Shown here: positions 25,585 through 34,008 of the stretch, one piece after another
Layout of the letters: the number at the start of each line of letters is the position of its first letter
Numbering within the stretch: position 1 is the stretch's first letter
DNA from: Escherichia coli
GTDB lineage: Bacteria > Pseudomonadota > Gammaproteobacteria > Enterobacterales > Enterobacteriaceae
Assembly (NCBI RefSeq): GCF_003018115.1
Contig: NZ_CP027457.1
Reading direction: 5' to 3' (one strand)
Length of the DNA stretch: 64,000 nucleotides
Notes under the pieces: generated by a model
The model's input: only the letters and a program-made list of their open reading frames with translations
What the model was told of the DNA's origin: nothing
Database searches by the model: none
Translations under genes and position numbers: made by a program

Positions 25585-26633
25585 GGTTTTTATTGGGCGT
25601 GCTGATGCTGATGATCTCCGGCTCAGCGCTGGCGACCATCGATGTGTTGCAGTTTAAAGATGAAGCACAGGAACAACAGTTCCGTCAGCTCACTGAAGAA
25701 CTGCGTTGCCCGAAATGCCAGAACAACAGCATTGCCGATTCCAACTCGATGATTGCCACCGACCTGCGTCAGAAAGTGTATGAACTGATGCAGGAAGGCA
25801 AAAGTAAGAAAGAGATTGTCTATTATATGGTGGCGCGTTACGGCAACTTCGTCACTTACGATCCGCCGTTAACGCCGCTGACCGTGCTGCTGTGGGTGCT
25901 TCCCGTAGTGGCTATTGGCATTGGCGGTTGGGTCATATACGCCCGCTCGCGGCGTCGGGTACGCGTGGTGCCGGAAGCGTTTCCTGAACAAAGCGTGCCG
26001 GAAGGTAAGCGTGCCGGATATGTTGTTTATCTGCCGGGTATTGTGGTGGCGTTAATTGTGGCTGGCGTCAGCTACTACCAGACTGGCAATTATCAGCAGG
26101 TGAAAATCTGGCAGCAGGCCACGGCACAGGCTCCGGCGTTGCTGGACAGGGCGCTGGATCCGAAAGCCGATCCGCTCAACGAAGAAGAGATGTCGCGCCT
26201 TGCGCTGGGGATGCGTACTCAACTGCAAAAAAATCCGGGAGATATAGAAGGTTGGATTATGTTGGGCCGCGTTGGCATGGCGCTGGGGAACGCCAGTATC
26301 GCCACCGATGCATACGCTACTGCGTATCGCCTCGATCCGAAAAACAGCGATGCCGCACTGGGATACGCTGAAGCGTTGACACGTTCATCTGATCCCAACG
26401 ACAACCGCCTCGGCGGCGAACTGCTGCGCCAGTTGGTGAGAAGCGACCACAGCAATATCCGTGTGTTAAGCATGTATGCGTTTAATGCCTTTGAGCAGCA
26501 GCGATTTGGCGAAGCCGTTGCCGCGTGGGAGATGATGTTGAAACTCTTACCTGCCAACGATACTCGCCGTGCGGTGATTGAACGTAGTATCGCGCAGGCG
26601 ATGCAACATTTGTCGCTGCAGGAGAGTAAATAA
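25581..26633 (+). CDS. ccmH: Cytochrome c maturation protein CcmH (fused CcmH/CcmI type)
   Basis: 350 aa with LRCPKCQN motif and C-terminal TPR-like region. Confidence 0.93.
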   Translation: MRFLLGVLMLMISGSALATIDVLQFKDEAQEQQFRQLTEELRCPKCQNNSIADSNSMIATDLRQKVYELMQEGKSKKEIVYYMVARYGNFVTYDPPLTPLTVLLWVLPVVAIGIGGWVIYARSRRRVRVVPEAFPEQSVPEGKRAGYVVYLPGIVVALIVAGVSYYQTGNYQQVKIWQQATAQAPALLDRALDPKADPLNEEEMSRLALGMRTQLQKNPGDIEGWIMLGRVGMALGNASIATDAYATAYRLDPKNSDAALGYAEALTRSSDPNDNRLGGELLRQLVRSDHSNIRVLSMYAFNAFEQQRFGEAVAAWEMMLKLLPANDTRRAVIERSIAQAMQHLSLQESK

Positions 26634-26689
26634 AAAGTGGCCCGATGGTGATTCCATCAGGCCAGACTGATGACAAAGTGCGCTTAGTT

Positions 26690-26800
26690 TATGCCGGATG
26701 CGGCGTGAACGCCTTATCCGGCCTACACAATCGTGTGAATTCAATAAATTGATCGATCCGCGTAGGCCTGATAAGCGTAGCGCATCAGGCAGTTTTGCGT
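26690..26800. repeat. REP elements between convergent ccmH and narP
   Basis: GCCGGATGCGGCGTGAACGCCTTATCCGGCCTAC and TAGGCCTGATAAGCGTAGCGCATCAGGC units. Confidence 0.8.
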
Positions 26801-26843
26801 TTGTCATAAATCTCAGCCCGATGATAAATCCATCGGGCTATTT

Positions 26844-27491
26844 TTATTGTGCCCCGCGTTGTTGCAGGAACAGAATGGTGGCCGCCACGCGTGAGCGGAC
26901 ATTGAGTTTGCGCAGCAGATTGCGAATATGTACTTTTACTGTCTGCTCGGAAATATTCAACACCGAGGCAATCTGTTTATTTGACAGCCCCTGTGCCAGC
27001 TCGTGCAGAACATCCAGCTCGCGCTCCGTCAGCACGCTGAAGGGATCTTCTTCCGCGCCAAACATTTCACGTTCATGTAAGTACTGATTGACGCGTTCGC
27101 TAAAGACTTTGCTGCCTTTCGCTCCGGCACGAATCGCTTCCAGCAACACTTCCGGGTCGCTGTCTTTCAACAGATAACCGTCTGCGCCTGCGTCTATCAG
27201 CGCAAAGACATCGCTGGAGGCATCTGATACGGTCAGGATAATAATTTGCGCGGTAACGCCATCCCTGCGCAAGGCATTGAGGGTATCCAGGCCACTCATA
27301 CCTTTCATATTGAGATCCAGCAAGATCACGTCGATATCCAGTCTATTAGCCAGATCGATAGCACTCGCGCCGTCGCCCGCTTCGGCGACCACTTCAAAGC
27401 CAGGATCAAGCTCCAGTAACTGACGAACACCGCGTCGCATAAGTGGATGATCATCCACAATCATCACCTGAAAAGGCGTTGCTTCAGGCAT
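26844..27491 (-). CDS. narP: Nitrate/nitrite response regulator NarP (215 aa)
   Basis: Internal Met MPEATPFQVMIVDDHPLMRRG. Receiver domain plus LuxR HTH (LTERELDVLHELAQGLSNKQIA). Confidence 0.93.
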   Translation of the reverse strand: MPEATPFQVMIVDDHPLMRRGVRQLLELDPGFEVVAEAGDGASAIDLANRLDIDVILLDLNMKGMSGLDTLNALRRDGVTAQIIILTVSDASSDVFALIDAGADGYLLKDSDPEVLLEAIRAGAKGSKVFSERVNQYLHEREMFGAEEDPFSVLTERELDVLHELAQGLSNKQIASVLNISEQTVKVHIRNLLRKLNVRSRVAATILFLQQRGAQ

Positions 27492-27810
27492 AGTAGTCTC
27501 CTGAGGTTTTATTAGAATCATTATGTTTGAGCGTAGCGTTGGTATCGCTACCAGGCGCGTGAATGTTACCCCATTTTATGTATGGACATGTAGTGAAAAC
27601 TACAACCTTGCCGTTCGCTTTGGCATCATTTTCATTATAAAGACGGAATTTTGCATCAGCTTCTCATCAAGAAAAACAACTAAAAAATCAATCACAATAC
27701 TTGTGCATTTCTTTAAACAGTTTTTAAAAACTGACTCCGGGTATGGAGCTATGGGTATTTTCTGTACCCAATGCTTTTAACAGCAATTAATTTCATAGGA
27801 TGAAAGCTCA

Positions 27811-30402
27811 ATGCATCAATCTGGTTCTGTTTCTCTTTGTCGTTCCGCAATATCTGTTCTGGTGGCTACAGCGTTATATTCACCCATAGCATTGGCATCA
27901 ACAGTTGAGTATGGTGAGACAGTTGATGGTGTTGTCCTGGAAAAAGATATCCAGCTGGTTTATGGGACCGCCAATAATACGAAAATCAATCCTGGCGGAG
28001 AACAGCATATTAAAGAATTTGGTATAAGTAGTAATACTGAAATTAACGGCGGGTATCAGTACATTGAAATGAATGGCACCGCAGAATACTCCGTATTAAA
28101 TGATGGTTATCAAATTGTTCAAATGGGTGGCGCGGCAAACCAGACTACCCTCAATAATGGTGTGCTACAGGTTTATGGCGCAGCGAATGATCCCACGATT
28201 AAAGGCGGGCGCTTAATTGTTGAAAAAGATGGGATTGCCGTCTTTGCCGCTATCGAAAAGGGAGGATTACTGGAGGTTAAAGACGGGGGATTAGCATTTG
28301 CGGTAGATCAGAAAGCAGGCGGTGCTATTAAAGCAAGCACGCGGGTCATGGAGGTATTCGGAACAAACCGTCTCGGTCAGTTCGAAATCAAGAATGGTAT
28401 TGCTAACAATATGCTGTTGGAAAACGGCGGAAGTTTGCGAGTTGAAGAAAATGACTTCGCTTATAATACTACTGTAGATAGTGGCGGCTTACTGGAGGTT
28501 ATGGATGGCGGGACTGCAACTGGCGTTGATAAAAAAGCAGGCGGAAAATTAATTGTCTCAACGAATGCGCTGGAAGTGAGTGGTACAAACAGTAAAGGCC
28601 AATTTAGTATAAAAGATGGTGTGTCAAAAAATTATGAACTGGATGATGGTTCTGGGCTTATTGTTATGGAGGACACGCAGGCCATTGACACTATCCTCGA
28701 TGAGCATGCCACTATGCAATCGCTGGGAAAGGATACTGGTACGAGAGTGCAGGCAAATGCGGTATATGATCTCGGTCGATCAGATCAGAATGGAAGTATA
28801 ACGTATTCCTCTAAAGCCATCTCTGAAAATATGGTTATCAACAATGGCCGCGCTAATGTCTGGGCTGGCACAATGGTTAACGTTTCAGTCAGAGGGAATG
28901 ATGGCATTCTTGAGGTCATGAAGCCGCAAATAAATTATGCACCCGCTATGTTGGTGGGTAAGGTAGTGGTTTCTGAGGGCGCTTCTTTTAGAACGCATGG
29001 TGCCGTGGATACCAGCAAAGCGGATGTTTCGCTCGAAAATAGCGCATGGACCATCATTGCCGATATCACTACGACGAACCAAAACACCCGCCTTAACTTA
29101 GCCAACCTTGCGATGTCTGGCGCAAATGTGATTATGATGGATGAGCCAGTGACTCGTTCATCTGTGACGGCAAGTGCGGAAAATTTCACTACGTTGACCA
29201 CCAATACCCTGTCGGGAAACGGCAATTTTTATATGCGTACCGATATGGCGAATCATCAGAGCGATCAGCTCAACGTCACCGGTCAGGCAACAGGTGATTT
29301 CAAAATATTCGTGACGGACACCGGTGCCAGCCCGGCAGCAGGAGATAGCCTTACACTGGTAACAACGGGCGGCGGTGATGCTGCATTTACGTTGGGCAAT
29401 GCCGGAGGCGTTGTTGATATCGGTACGTATGAATATACCTTGCTGGATAATGGCAACCATAGCTGGAGTTTGGCAGAGAATCGCGCGCAAATTACCCCTT
29501 CAACCACTGATGTGCTGAATATGGCGGCCGCACAACCGCTGGTATTTGATGCAGAACTGGACACCGTGCGTGAGCGTCTTGGTAGCGTAAAAGGCGTTAG
29601 TTACGATACGGCGATGTGGAGTTCGGCAATTAACACCCGCAACAACGTGACCACTGATGCGGGAGCTGGTTTTGAGCAAACATTGACGGGCCTGACGCTC
29701 GGTATCGATAGCCGTTTCTCCCGTGAAGAAAGCAGTACAATTCGCGGCTTGTTCTTTGGTTACTCTCATTCTGATATTGGTTTTGATCGCGGCGGAAAAG
29801 GTAATATCGATAGCTATACCCTGGGGGCTTATGCCGGTTGGGAGCATCAGAACGGTGCCTATGTTGATGGAGTGCTGAAAGTTGACCGTTTTGCCAACAC
29901 CATCCATGGCAAGATGAGTAATGGGGCAACAGCGTTTGGCGATTACAGTAGTAACGGCGCAGGTGCTCATGTCGAGAGCGGGTTCCGTTGGGTTGACGGA
30001 TTGTGGAGTGTTAGACCCTATCTCGCCTTTACCGGCTTTACCACAGATGGTCAGGACTACACGTTATCAAACGGCATGCGCGCGGATGTGGGAAATACCC
30101 GGATATTACGCGCTGAAGCGGGAACGGCGGTAAGCTATCACATGGACCTGCAAAACGGTACGACGCTGGAACCCTGGCTGAAAGCCGCCGTGCGTCAGGA
30201 ATACGCCGATTCTAACCAGGTGAAAGTTAATGACGATGGCAAATTTAATAATGATGTGGCTGGAACCCGTGGCGTTTATCAGGCTGGGATAAGGTCATCG
30301 TTTACCCCGACGTTAAGCGGTCATTTGTCAGTCAGCTATGGCAATGGCGCAGGGGTAGAATCGCCGTGGAATACCCAGGCTGGTGTGGTCTGGACGTTCT
30401 GA
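27811..30402 (+). CDS. yejO: Autotransporter adhesin-like protein YejO (intact, 863 aa)
   Basis: Signal peptide, repetitive G/N/T-rich passenger, and a C-terminal beta-barrel ending ..AGVVWTF. No IS interruption seen. Confidence 0.85.
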   Translation: MHQSGSVSLCRSAISVLVATALYSPIALASTVEYGETVDGVVLEKDIQLVYGTANNTKINPGGEQHIKEFGISSNTEINGGYQYIEMNGTAEYSVLNDGYQIVQMGGAANQTTLNNGVLQVYGAANDPTIKGGRLIVEKDGIAVFAAIEKGGLLEVKDGGLAFAVDQKAGGAIKASTRVMEVFGTNRLGQFEIKNGIANNMLLENGGSLRVEENDFAYNTTVDSGGLLEVMDGGTATGVDKKAGGKLIVSTNALEVSGTNSKGQFSIKDGVSKNYELDDGSGLIVMEDTQAIDTILDEHATMQSLGKDTGTRVQANAVYDLGRSDQNGSITYSSKAISENMVINNGRANVWAGTMVNVSVRGNDGILEVMKPQINYAPAMLVGKVVVSEGASFRTHGAVDTSKADVSLENSAWTIIADITTTNQNTRLNLANLAMSGANVIMMDEPVTRSSVTASAENFTTLTTNTLSGNGNFYMRTDMANHQSDQLNVTGQATGDFKIFVTDTGASPAAGDSLTLVTTGGGDAAFTLGNAGGVVDIGTYEYTLLDNGNHSWSLAENRAQITPSTTDVLNMAAAQPLVFDAELDTVRERLGSVKGVSYDTAMWSSAINTRNNVTTDAGAGFEQTLTGLTLGIDSRFSREESSTIRGLFFGYSHSDIGFDRGGKGNIDSYTLGAYAGWEHQNGAYVDGVLKVDRFANTIHGKMSNGATAFGDYSSNGAGAHVESGFRWVDGLWSVRPYLAFTGFTTDGQDYTLSNGMRADVGNTRILRAEAGTAVSYHMDLQNGTTLEPWLKAAVRQEYADSNQVKVNDDGKFNNDVAGTRGVYQAGIRSSFTPTLSGHLSVSYGNGAGVESPWNTQAGVVWTF

Positions 30403-30463
30403 TAACAGACAATAAACAGGCCGTGATGTGTCGCGGTCTGTTTATCGAATTAAATGCAGATAT

Positions 30464-30495
30464 AAAAAAACCAACCTTTACGGTTGGTTTTTTTT
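30464..30495. terminator. Bidirectional hairpin terminator (yejO end; probably the original proL terminator displaced by the island)
   Basis: AAAAAAA-CCAACC-tttac-GGTTGG-TTTTTTTT. On the minus strand it directly follows the partial tRNA 3'-end repeat. Confidence 0.7.
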
Positions 30496-30517
30496 GGGAT
30501 TTTTGGTCGCACGAGAG
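30496..30517. repeat. Island-distal att repeat (partial copy of tRNA-Pro 3' end)
   Basis: GGGATTTTTGGTCGCACGAGAG versus GGCGATTTGGTCGGCACGAGAG at 41337-41358. Confidence 0.75.
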
Positions 30518-30578
30518 TAGTTTAATTGAACGTGTAACTTAATGATTTAAAAGAATGAGTCTGATTCAACTTTTAAGC

Positions 30579-30602
30579 CGTATAACCAAACGTATAGCTA
30601 AA
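30579..30602. promoter_or_regulatory. Tandem 12-mers CGTATAACCAAA CGTATAGCTAAA (candidate integrase arm-type sites, distal arm)
   Basis: Same motif and orientation as CGTATAACTAAA CGTATAACTAAA at 41189-41212 next to int. Confidence 0.55.
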
Positions 30603-30772
30603 TTTATTTGCTGAAAAAATGTACAATTTAGAGTCAGATTTTCCCAGATGTTTAATTTATAAAACGAAGCTGGCGGCTGTTCTCTGATATGTGGATCCCC
30701 ATATCTGGAACCCTACCGGAATTTTTTTCCGGTTACCCTTTAATCAGGCTGGTGGGCTTTACCTGTTCGGTA

Positions 30773-30795
30773 GGTATGATCATTATGATCATACC
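30773..30795. repeat. Perfect 23-bp palindrome GGTATGATCAT-T-ATGATCATACC
   Basis: 11-bp arms read directly from the sequence. The nearby hairpin ACCGGAA-ttttt-TTCCGGT lies at 30715-30733. Confidence 0.9.
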
Positions 30796-30848
30796 TTTCG
30801 CCCCAATGGGAGGTAAAAGCGCCAACTGGACGGTTAAACCGTCTTTTT

Positions 30849-30883
30849 GTCACATCGTGTCACTGGTTGTCACTCTCCGTCAC
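30849..30883. repeat. Four GTCAC repeats with exact 10-bp phasing
   Basis: GTCACatcgt GTCACtggtt GTCACtctcc GTCAC, starting at 30849, 30859, 30869 and 30879. Preceded by hairpin GACGGTT-a-AACCGTC plus TTTTT. Confidence 0.9.
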
Positions 30884-30910
30884 GATGTCCGCTCGCCTGG
30901 CTGTAAATCA

Positions 30911-31139
30911 AACTACGAAATTTTCGTAGTTGTGAGTAAGCCCCAAAATATGGGGATTACTCTTACTACCCAAACTACGGGTAGTTTCCGTAGTTTCATA
31001 GTCGAGTTGCAGATCTGCAACTCCCCCACCAGCCAGCGCAATTTTGCGCTTTGCTTTAAGTTCAGCGAGTTACAGCGCCGACTTCCTCAAATTGAGGTTG
31101 CCGGAAATATCAACCAGTTACGAGGCTCAAAATTGAGCC
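30911..31139. repeat. Train of seven short palindromes/hairpins in non-coding DNA
   Basis: 30911-31 AACTACGAAAtTTTCGTAGTT; 30941-55 CCCCAaaataTGGGG; 30972-87 AAACTACggGTAGTTT (plus CGTAGTTT at 30989-96); 31004-23 GAGTTGCAGATCTGCAACTC (perfect 20-mer); 31035-50 AGCGCAAttTTGCGCT; 31085-97 CCTCAAaTTGAGG; 31124-39 GGCTCAAaaTTGAGCC. Confidence 0.9.
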
Positions 31140-31156
31140 GCCTTTAAATCAACACG

Positions 31157-31438
31157 TTACCGCCGTAACCGCTCCGGCTTCTTCCAGTTGTACGTAATTT
31201 TCTCTTTCTCCCTGTACATCTCTACACGGCGATTGTAGGCCAGCATTTCAAGAACGCGGATCCGTATGTCGCGCATATCAACGCCATTAAGTTCTATACC
31301 ATCACGGCGCATCACCTCCACCACTACACGCACATAATTATCTGCGGTCATGCTGTCCGGCTGCGTGGCCTGTTCGTCAACCTGCTGGCTGATTCCGGCG
31401 ACGCGGCGGATTAATCCCAGTATTTCGGCTTCTGTCAT
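31157..31438 (-). CDS. Hypothetical island protein (93 aa)
   Basis: ORF with ATG preceded by a G-rich SD-like stretch. Follows repeat copy 1. No recognisable motif. Confidence 0.5.
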   Translation of the reverse strand: MTEAEILGLIRRVAGISQQVDEQATQPDSMTADNYVRVVVEVMRRDGIELNGVDMRDIRIRVLEMLAYNRRVEMYREKEKITYNWKKPERLRR

Positions 31439-31475
31439 TGTGCCCCCATCGCGCTGGTGAAGAAAACAAGCTCAG

Positions 31476-31690
31476 ATTTTTTGTAAAGAATCTGTCACGC
31501 TAAAAGATGTCGAACAAAAAACAACCTTCTTCATCATCTTTTTTACATCAAAGCAATTAAAAACAATCACTTACGAACATGATGATGATGACGATAAAAT
31601 CAAAAAAATGCGTTTTTTTCCGCGCCGCCCGCCCCGTGTTCAGGCCCACCCCACCAGGAGGACCCGCAAAAAAGGCGGCTGGTGCCGCCT
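31476..31690 (-). repeat. Copy 1 of ~215-bp island repeat (terminator + G-rich cos-like core + A/T tracts)
   Basis: Aligns block by block with 34015-34228. Shared blocks: TTTTTGTAAA, GAACAAAAAACAACC, ATAAAATCAAAAAAATGCG, TTTTTCCGCGCC, CCGCCCCGTG, CAGGCCC..CCCCACCAGGAG and the terminator hairpin. Confidence 0.85.
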
Positions 31691-31695
31691 TGTTG

Positions 31696-33585
31696 TCATA
31701 GTGAATCGGTACCGCCTGATTTGACCATACCGCGATAATCCAGAGCTGCCACACCTGCATCAATACGGACTTTCCAGGCCACGCCGTCAACGATAAAACC
31801 TTCCTGCTGTTCAAGGTAAGGCTCGTCATTGCCATCAAGATAAGCCACCTCGATTGTGTCCGTTCCCTGTGCGGAAAGCATGTACCATTGTTTTTCGCTG
31901 ATATCATCAAGGCGGGGATCGACGATGATATCAAGTAGCTTGTGGTACGGGTTAAAGATCCCGCTGTTTTTATCAGCCCCGAAAGGTGCGGTTGAGTTAA
32001 TCATCTGCAACGCGCGATCTTCCAGTGCTGCCGGAACTAAAAGGAATTTAGGCGCAATATTCAGCACTTCGCCATTTTTGTCCTTCTGTGTGCGCATCAG
32101 GTGACGTGCTGCACTAAGTCCCGGTGTTGTCAGTCCTGCTTCAATCAGGTTGCTGTGTTTTTTGTCAAACAGCGTTATTCCGTCAGAAAGTTTTACGTTG
32201 CCTGTAAGCACCAGATTAACCAGATTTCCCACCGTTCTTGATGCTGCACGGCCCATAGCCATTGGCACCGTTGATAACTGATCAAGGTCATCATTGATTA
32301 TCGCCTGGCGGGTAATGCTGAAAATATTCCCGTAAGTAGCCAGCGCGATGGGTTCACCGCGATCGCTGGTGGTGATGTATTTATATTCTGCCCCTTCCGG
32401 CACTTTGTTTAACGTTGAGAAGCCATTCATACCAACGCGGCGGGCTTCCCGGAAGTTTGAAAGGGAACCTTTTTTCGTCCACTGGCGGAATGTTTCGCCG
32501 CTGTGCTCCCAGCCTGCAAGCACTGATTTTTCAGCGCCACCAGCAAGGATATCGGTAAAATCGCTGCTGCTGTGGGTGAATGCCGCGTTTACTATCTGCG
32601 AGCGTGTGCCGTAGCTGCCCGTGCTTATACCACGATGGGTTAATGATGCCTGTGCCATATCGAAAAGGCTCATCATGGCGTAAGGATTACCGCGTTCGGC
32701 CCGTTCGTGACCAAGACGCGCATTAAGCCCCTGACGCATGGCATCGCCGGTTATATTGCCGTTATCCGTGTACGCGTAGTAAAGATTTGCGGGGGTGGTT
32801 TTGTTTGTTGGCGTTGATTCTTTACCCATAGCGAGTAAAAGGCGTTCGCGTGCATTCTCAACGCTACATTCTGAATCCGCAAGACAACTTATAGCCAGGT
32901 CGTTATATCTTCCGTTGAAGGTGCCAAACAATTCACGGATTCCGTTAAGTCGTTCCTGTTCGCCACTGCCAGTTTTCTGGCTGATCATGCTTTTAATTTT
33001 TTCCGGCATATTTGAAAAATCTCCGATTCGTTTTGATTCAATTCGGGCCATTGCTGTAATCGCGGGTATAACCTCATCTGCGAAGCCGTTAGCCTTACAC
33101 TCATTGCCATCCATCCAGGTTTCCGCCTCCATCATTGAGGTGATCTCCTGTTTGCTCCTGCCCGTTCTTCCGGCATAGGTTTCTGCCATCGTGTCGCCCA
33201 GCTTGTCCATCAGATCAGCAAAGCGGCGAACGTCGCCCGACACTCCGGCAGTAACACCACGGGGGGCATGTATCATCATCATCGCGTTTTCAGGCATAAC
33301 GATGTGATCTCCACACATGGCAATAAACGACGCCATAGAAGCCGCCATGCCTTCAATGTGTACGATTTTTTTTGCCGGATGATTTTTCAGGGCGTTATAG
33401 ATAGCCAGCCCTTCAAAGATGTCGCCACCAGGTGAATGAATGCTCAGATGGATTTCAGACGCATTACCACACGCGTTGATCTCGTCAGTAAGTGCCGATG
33501 CTTTTACACCGTACCCGCCGATCTCGTCATAAATGCGCACATAGACAACATCTGCCATAGCCTTAATGGAAAACCATGTTTTCAT
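31696..33585 (-). CDS. ClpP-family prohead protease fused to phage major capsid protein (629 aa)
   Basis: N-terminus: IHSPGGDIFEGLAIYNAL..GMAASMASFIAMCGD..MMMIHAPRG (ClpP/S14-like Ser and His motifs). The C-terminal ~330 aa resembles HK97-fold/Mu gpT-like capsid proteins (..ALATYGNIFSITRQAIINDDL..WYMLSAQGTDTIEVAYLDG..). Assignment is from memory of the family, not from a search. Confidence 0.75.
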   Translation of the reverse strand: MKTWFSIKAMADVVYVRIYDEIGGYGVKASALTDEINACGNASEIHLSIHSPGGDIFEGLAIYNALKNHPAKKIVHIEGMAASMASFIAMCGDHIVMPENAMMMIHAPRGVTAGVSGDVRRFADLMDKLGDTMAETYAGRTGRSKQEITSMMEAETWMDGNECKANGFADEVIPAITAMARIESKRIGDFSNMPEKIKSMISQKTGSGEQERLNGIRELFGTFNGRYNDLAISCLADSECSVENARERLLLAMGKESTPTNKTTPANLYYAYTDNGNITGDAMRQGLNARLGHERAERGNPYAMMSLFDMAQASLTHRGISTGSYGTRSQIVNAAFTHSSSDFTDILAGGAEKSVLAGWEHSGETFRQWTKKGSLSNFREARRVGMNGFSTLNKVPEGAEYKYITTSDRGEPIALATYGNIFSITRQAIINDDLDQLSTVPMAMGRAASRTVGNLVNLVLTGNVKLSDGITLFDKKHSNLIEAGLTTPGLSAARHLMRTQKDKNGEVLNIAPKFLLVPAALEDRALQMINSTAPFGADKNSGIFNPYHKLLDIIVDPRLDDISEKQWYMLSAQGTDTIEVAYLDGNDEPYLEQQEGFIVDGVAWKVRIDAGVAALDYRGMVKSGGTDSL

Positions 33586-33776
33586 AGCCAGGCTCCTAAC
33601 GTTGCCTGGTACCAGTATTCAACCGCGCTGCGTGTGATTTGTCCTTTCGTGGGCACTGGCATACCCGGGTGATTATCTTTGATGAACTGCTGATAGCGTT
33701 CGATCTTCTCCATAGTTCCGGCGTCTATGTGCACAGTGGCACTTTTATCCGGCTTTCTGGTGTTGTTCTCTGGCAT
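33582..33776 (-). CDS. Small protein (64 aa from second Met), possibly ribbon-helix-helix-like, translationally coupled to the capsid fusion
   Basis: GGAGG lies 7 nt before the ATG at 33776 (MPENNTRK..). The stop overlaps the capsid-fusion start (ATGA). The pattern TVHIDAGTMEKIERY..TKGQITRSAVEYWY suggests a beta-alpha-alpha fold. Confidence 0.55.
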   Translation of the reverse strand: MPENNTRKPDKSATVHIDAGTMEKIERYQQFIKDNHPGMPVPTKGQITRSAVEYWYQATLGAWL

Positions 33777-33970
33777 AAATCCGCCTCCGTTTTGATTAAC
33801 GGGCATCATTATTGATCGATAAAAGTAATAGATAAATCATTTTCTACCTGAAAATCAGATTATGTTTTTTCTGATTATCCTCAGAGAGGCAAAGCCATTG
33901 ACGCATTTTTGCTATTGAAGCAATATTAAGACTCGTCATCCTGGCGATAAAAACTCCTTTGTCGTGTAAA

Positions 33971-34008
33971 AGCGCCTCCGGTAACAGCAATCGGGGGCGC
34001 TTTTTTTT
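33971..34008. terminator. Strong hairpin flanked by A8/T8 in the leader of the capsid operon (bidirectional terminator-like)
   Basis: GCGCCTCCG-11 nt-CGGGGGCGC (9 bp, one G.T) followed by TTTTTTTT on the plus strand. On the minus strand the same stem is followed by TTTTAC. Confidence 0.6.

Noticed and set aside
27811-30402. Search for an IS element or frameshift in yejO (expected from K-12)
   Set aside because: The reading frame is continuous, and no IS-like inverted repeats or transposase ORF are present.
30689-31147. 152-aa plus-strand ORF at the int-distal end of the island
   Set aside because: It covers the GTCAC array and all seven palindromes. It has no SD and an odd hydrophobic/low-complexity composition. 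The region is better explained as non-coding.
31557-31934. 125-aa minus-strand ORF overlapping the capsid gene 3' end and repeat copy 1
   Set aside because: It is out of frame with the well-supported capsid fusion and reads through the terminator and the G-rich repeat, so it is spurious.
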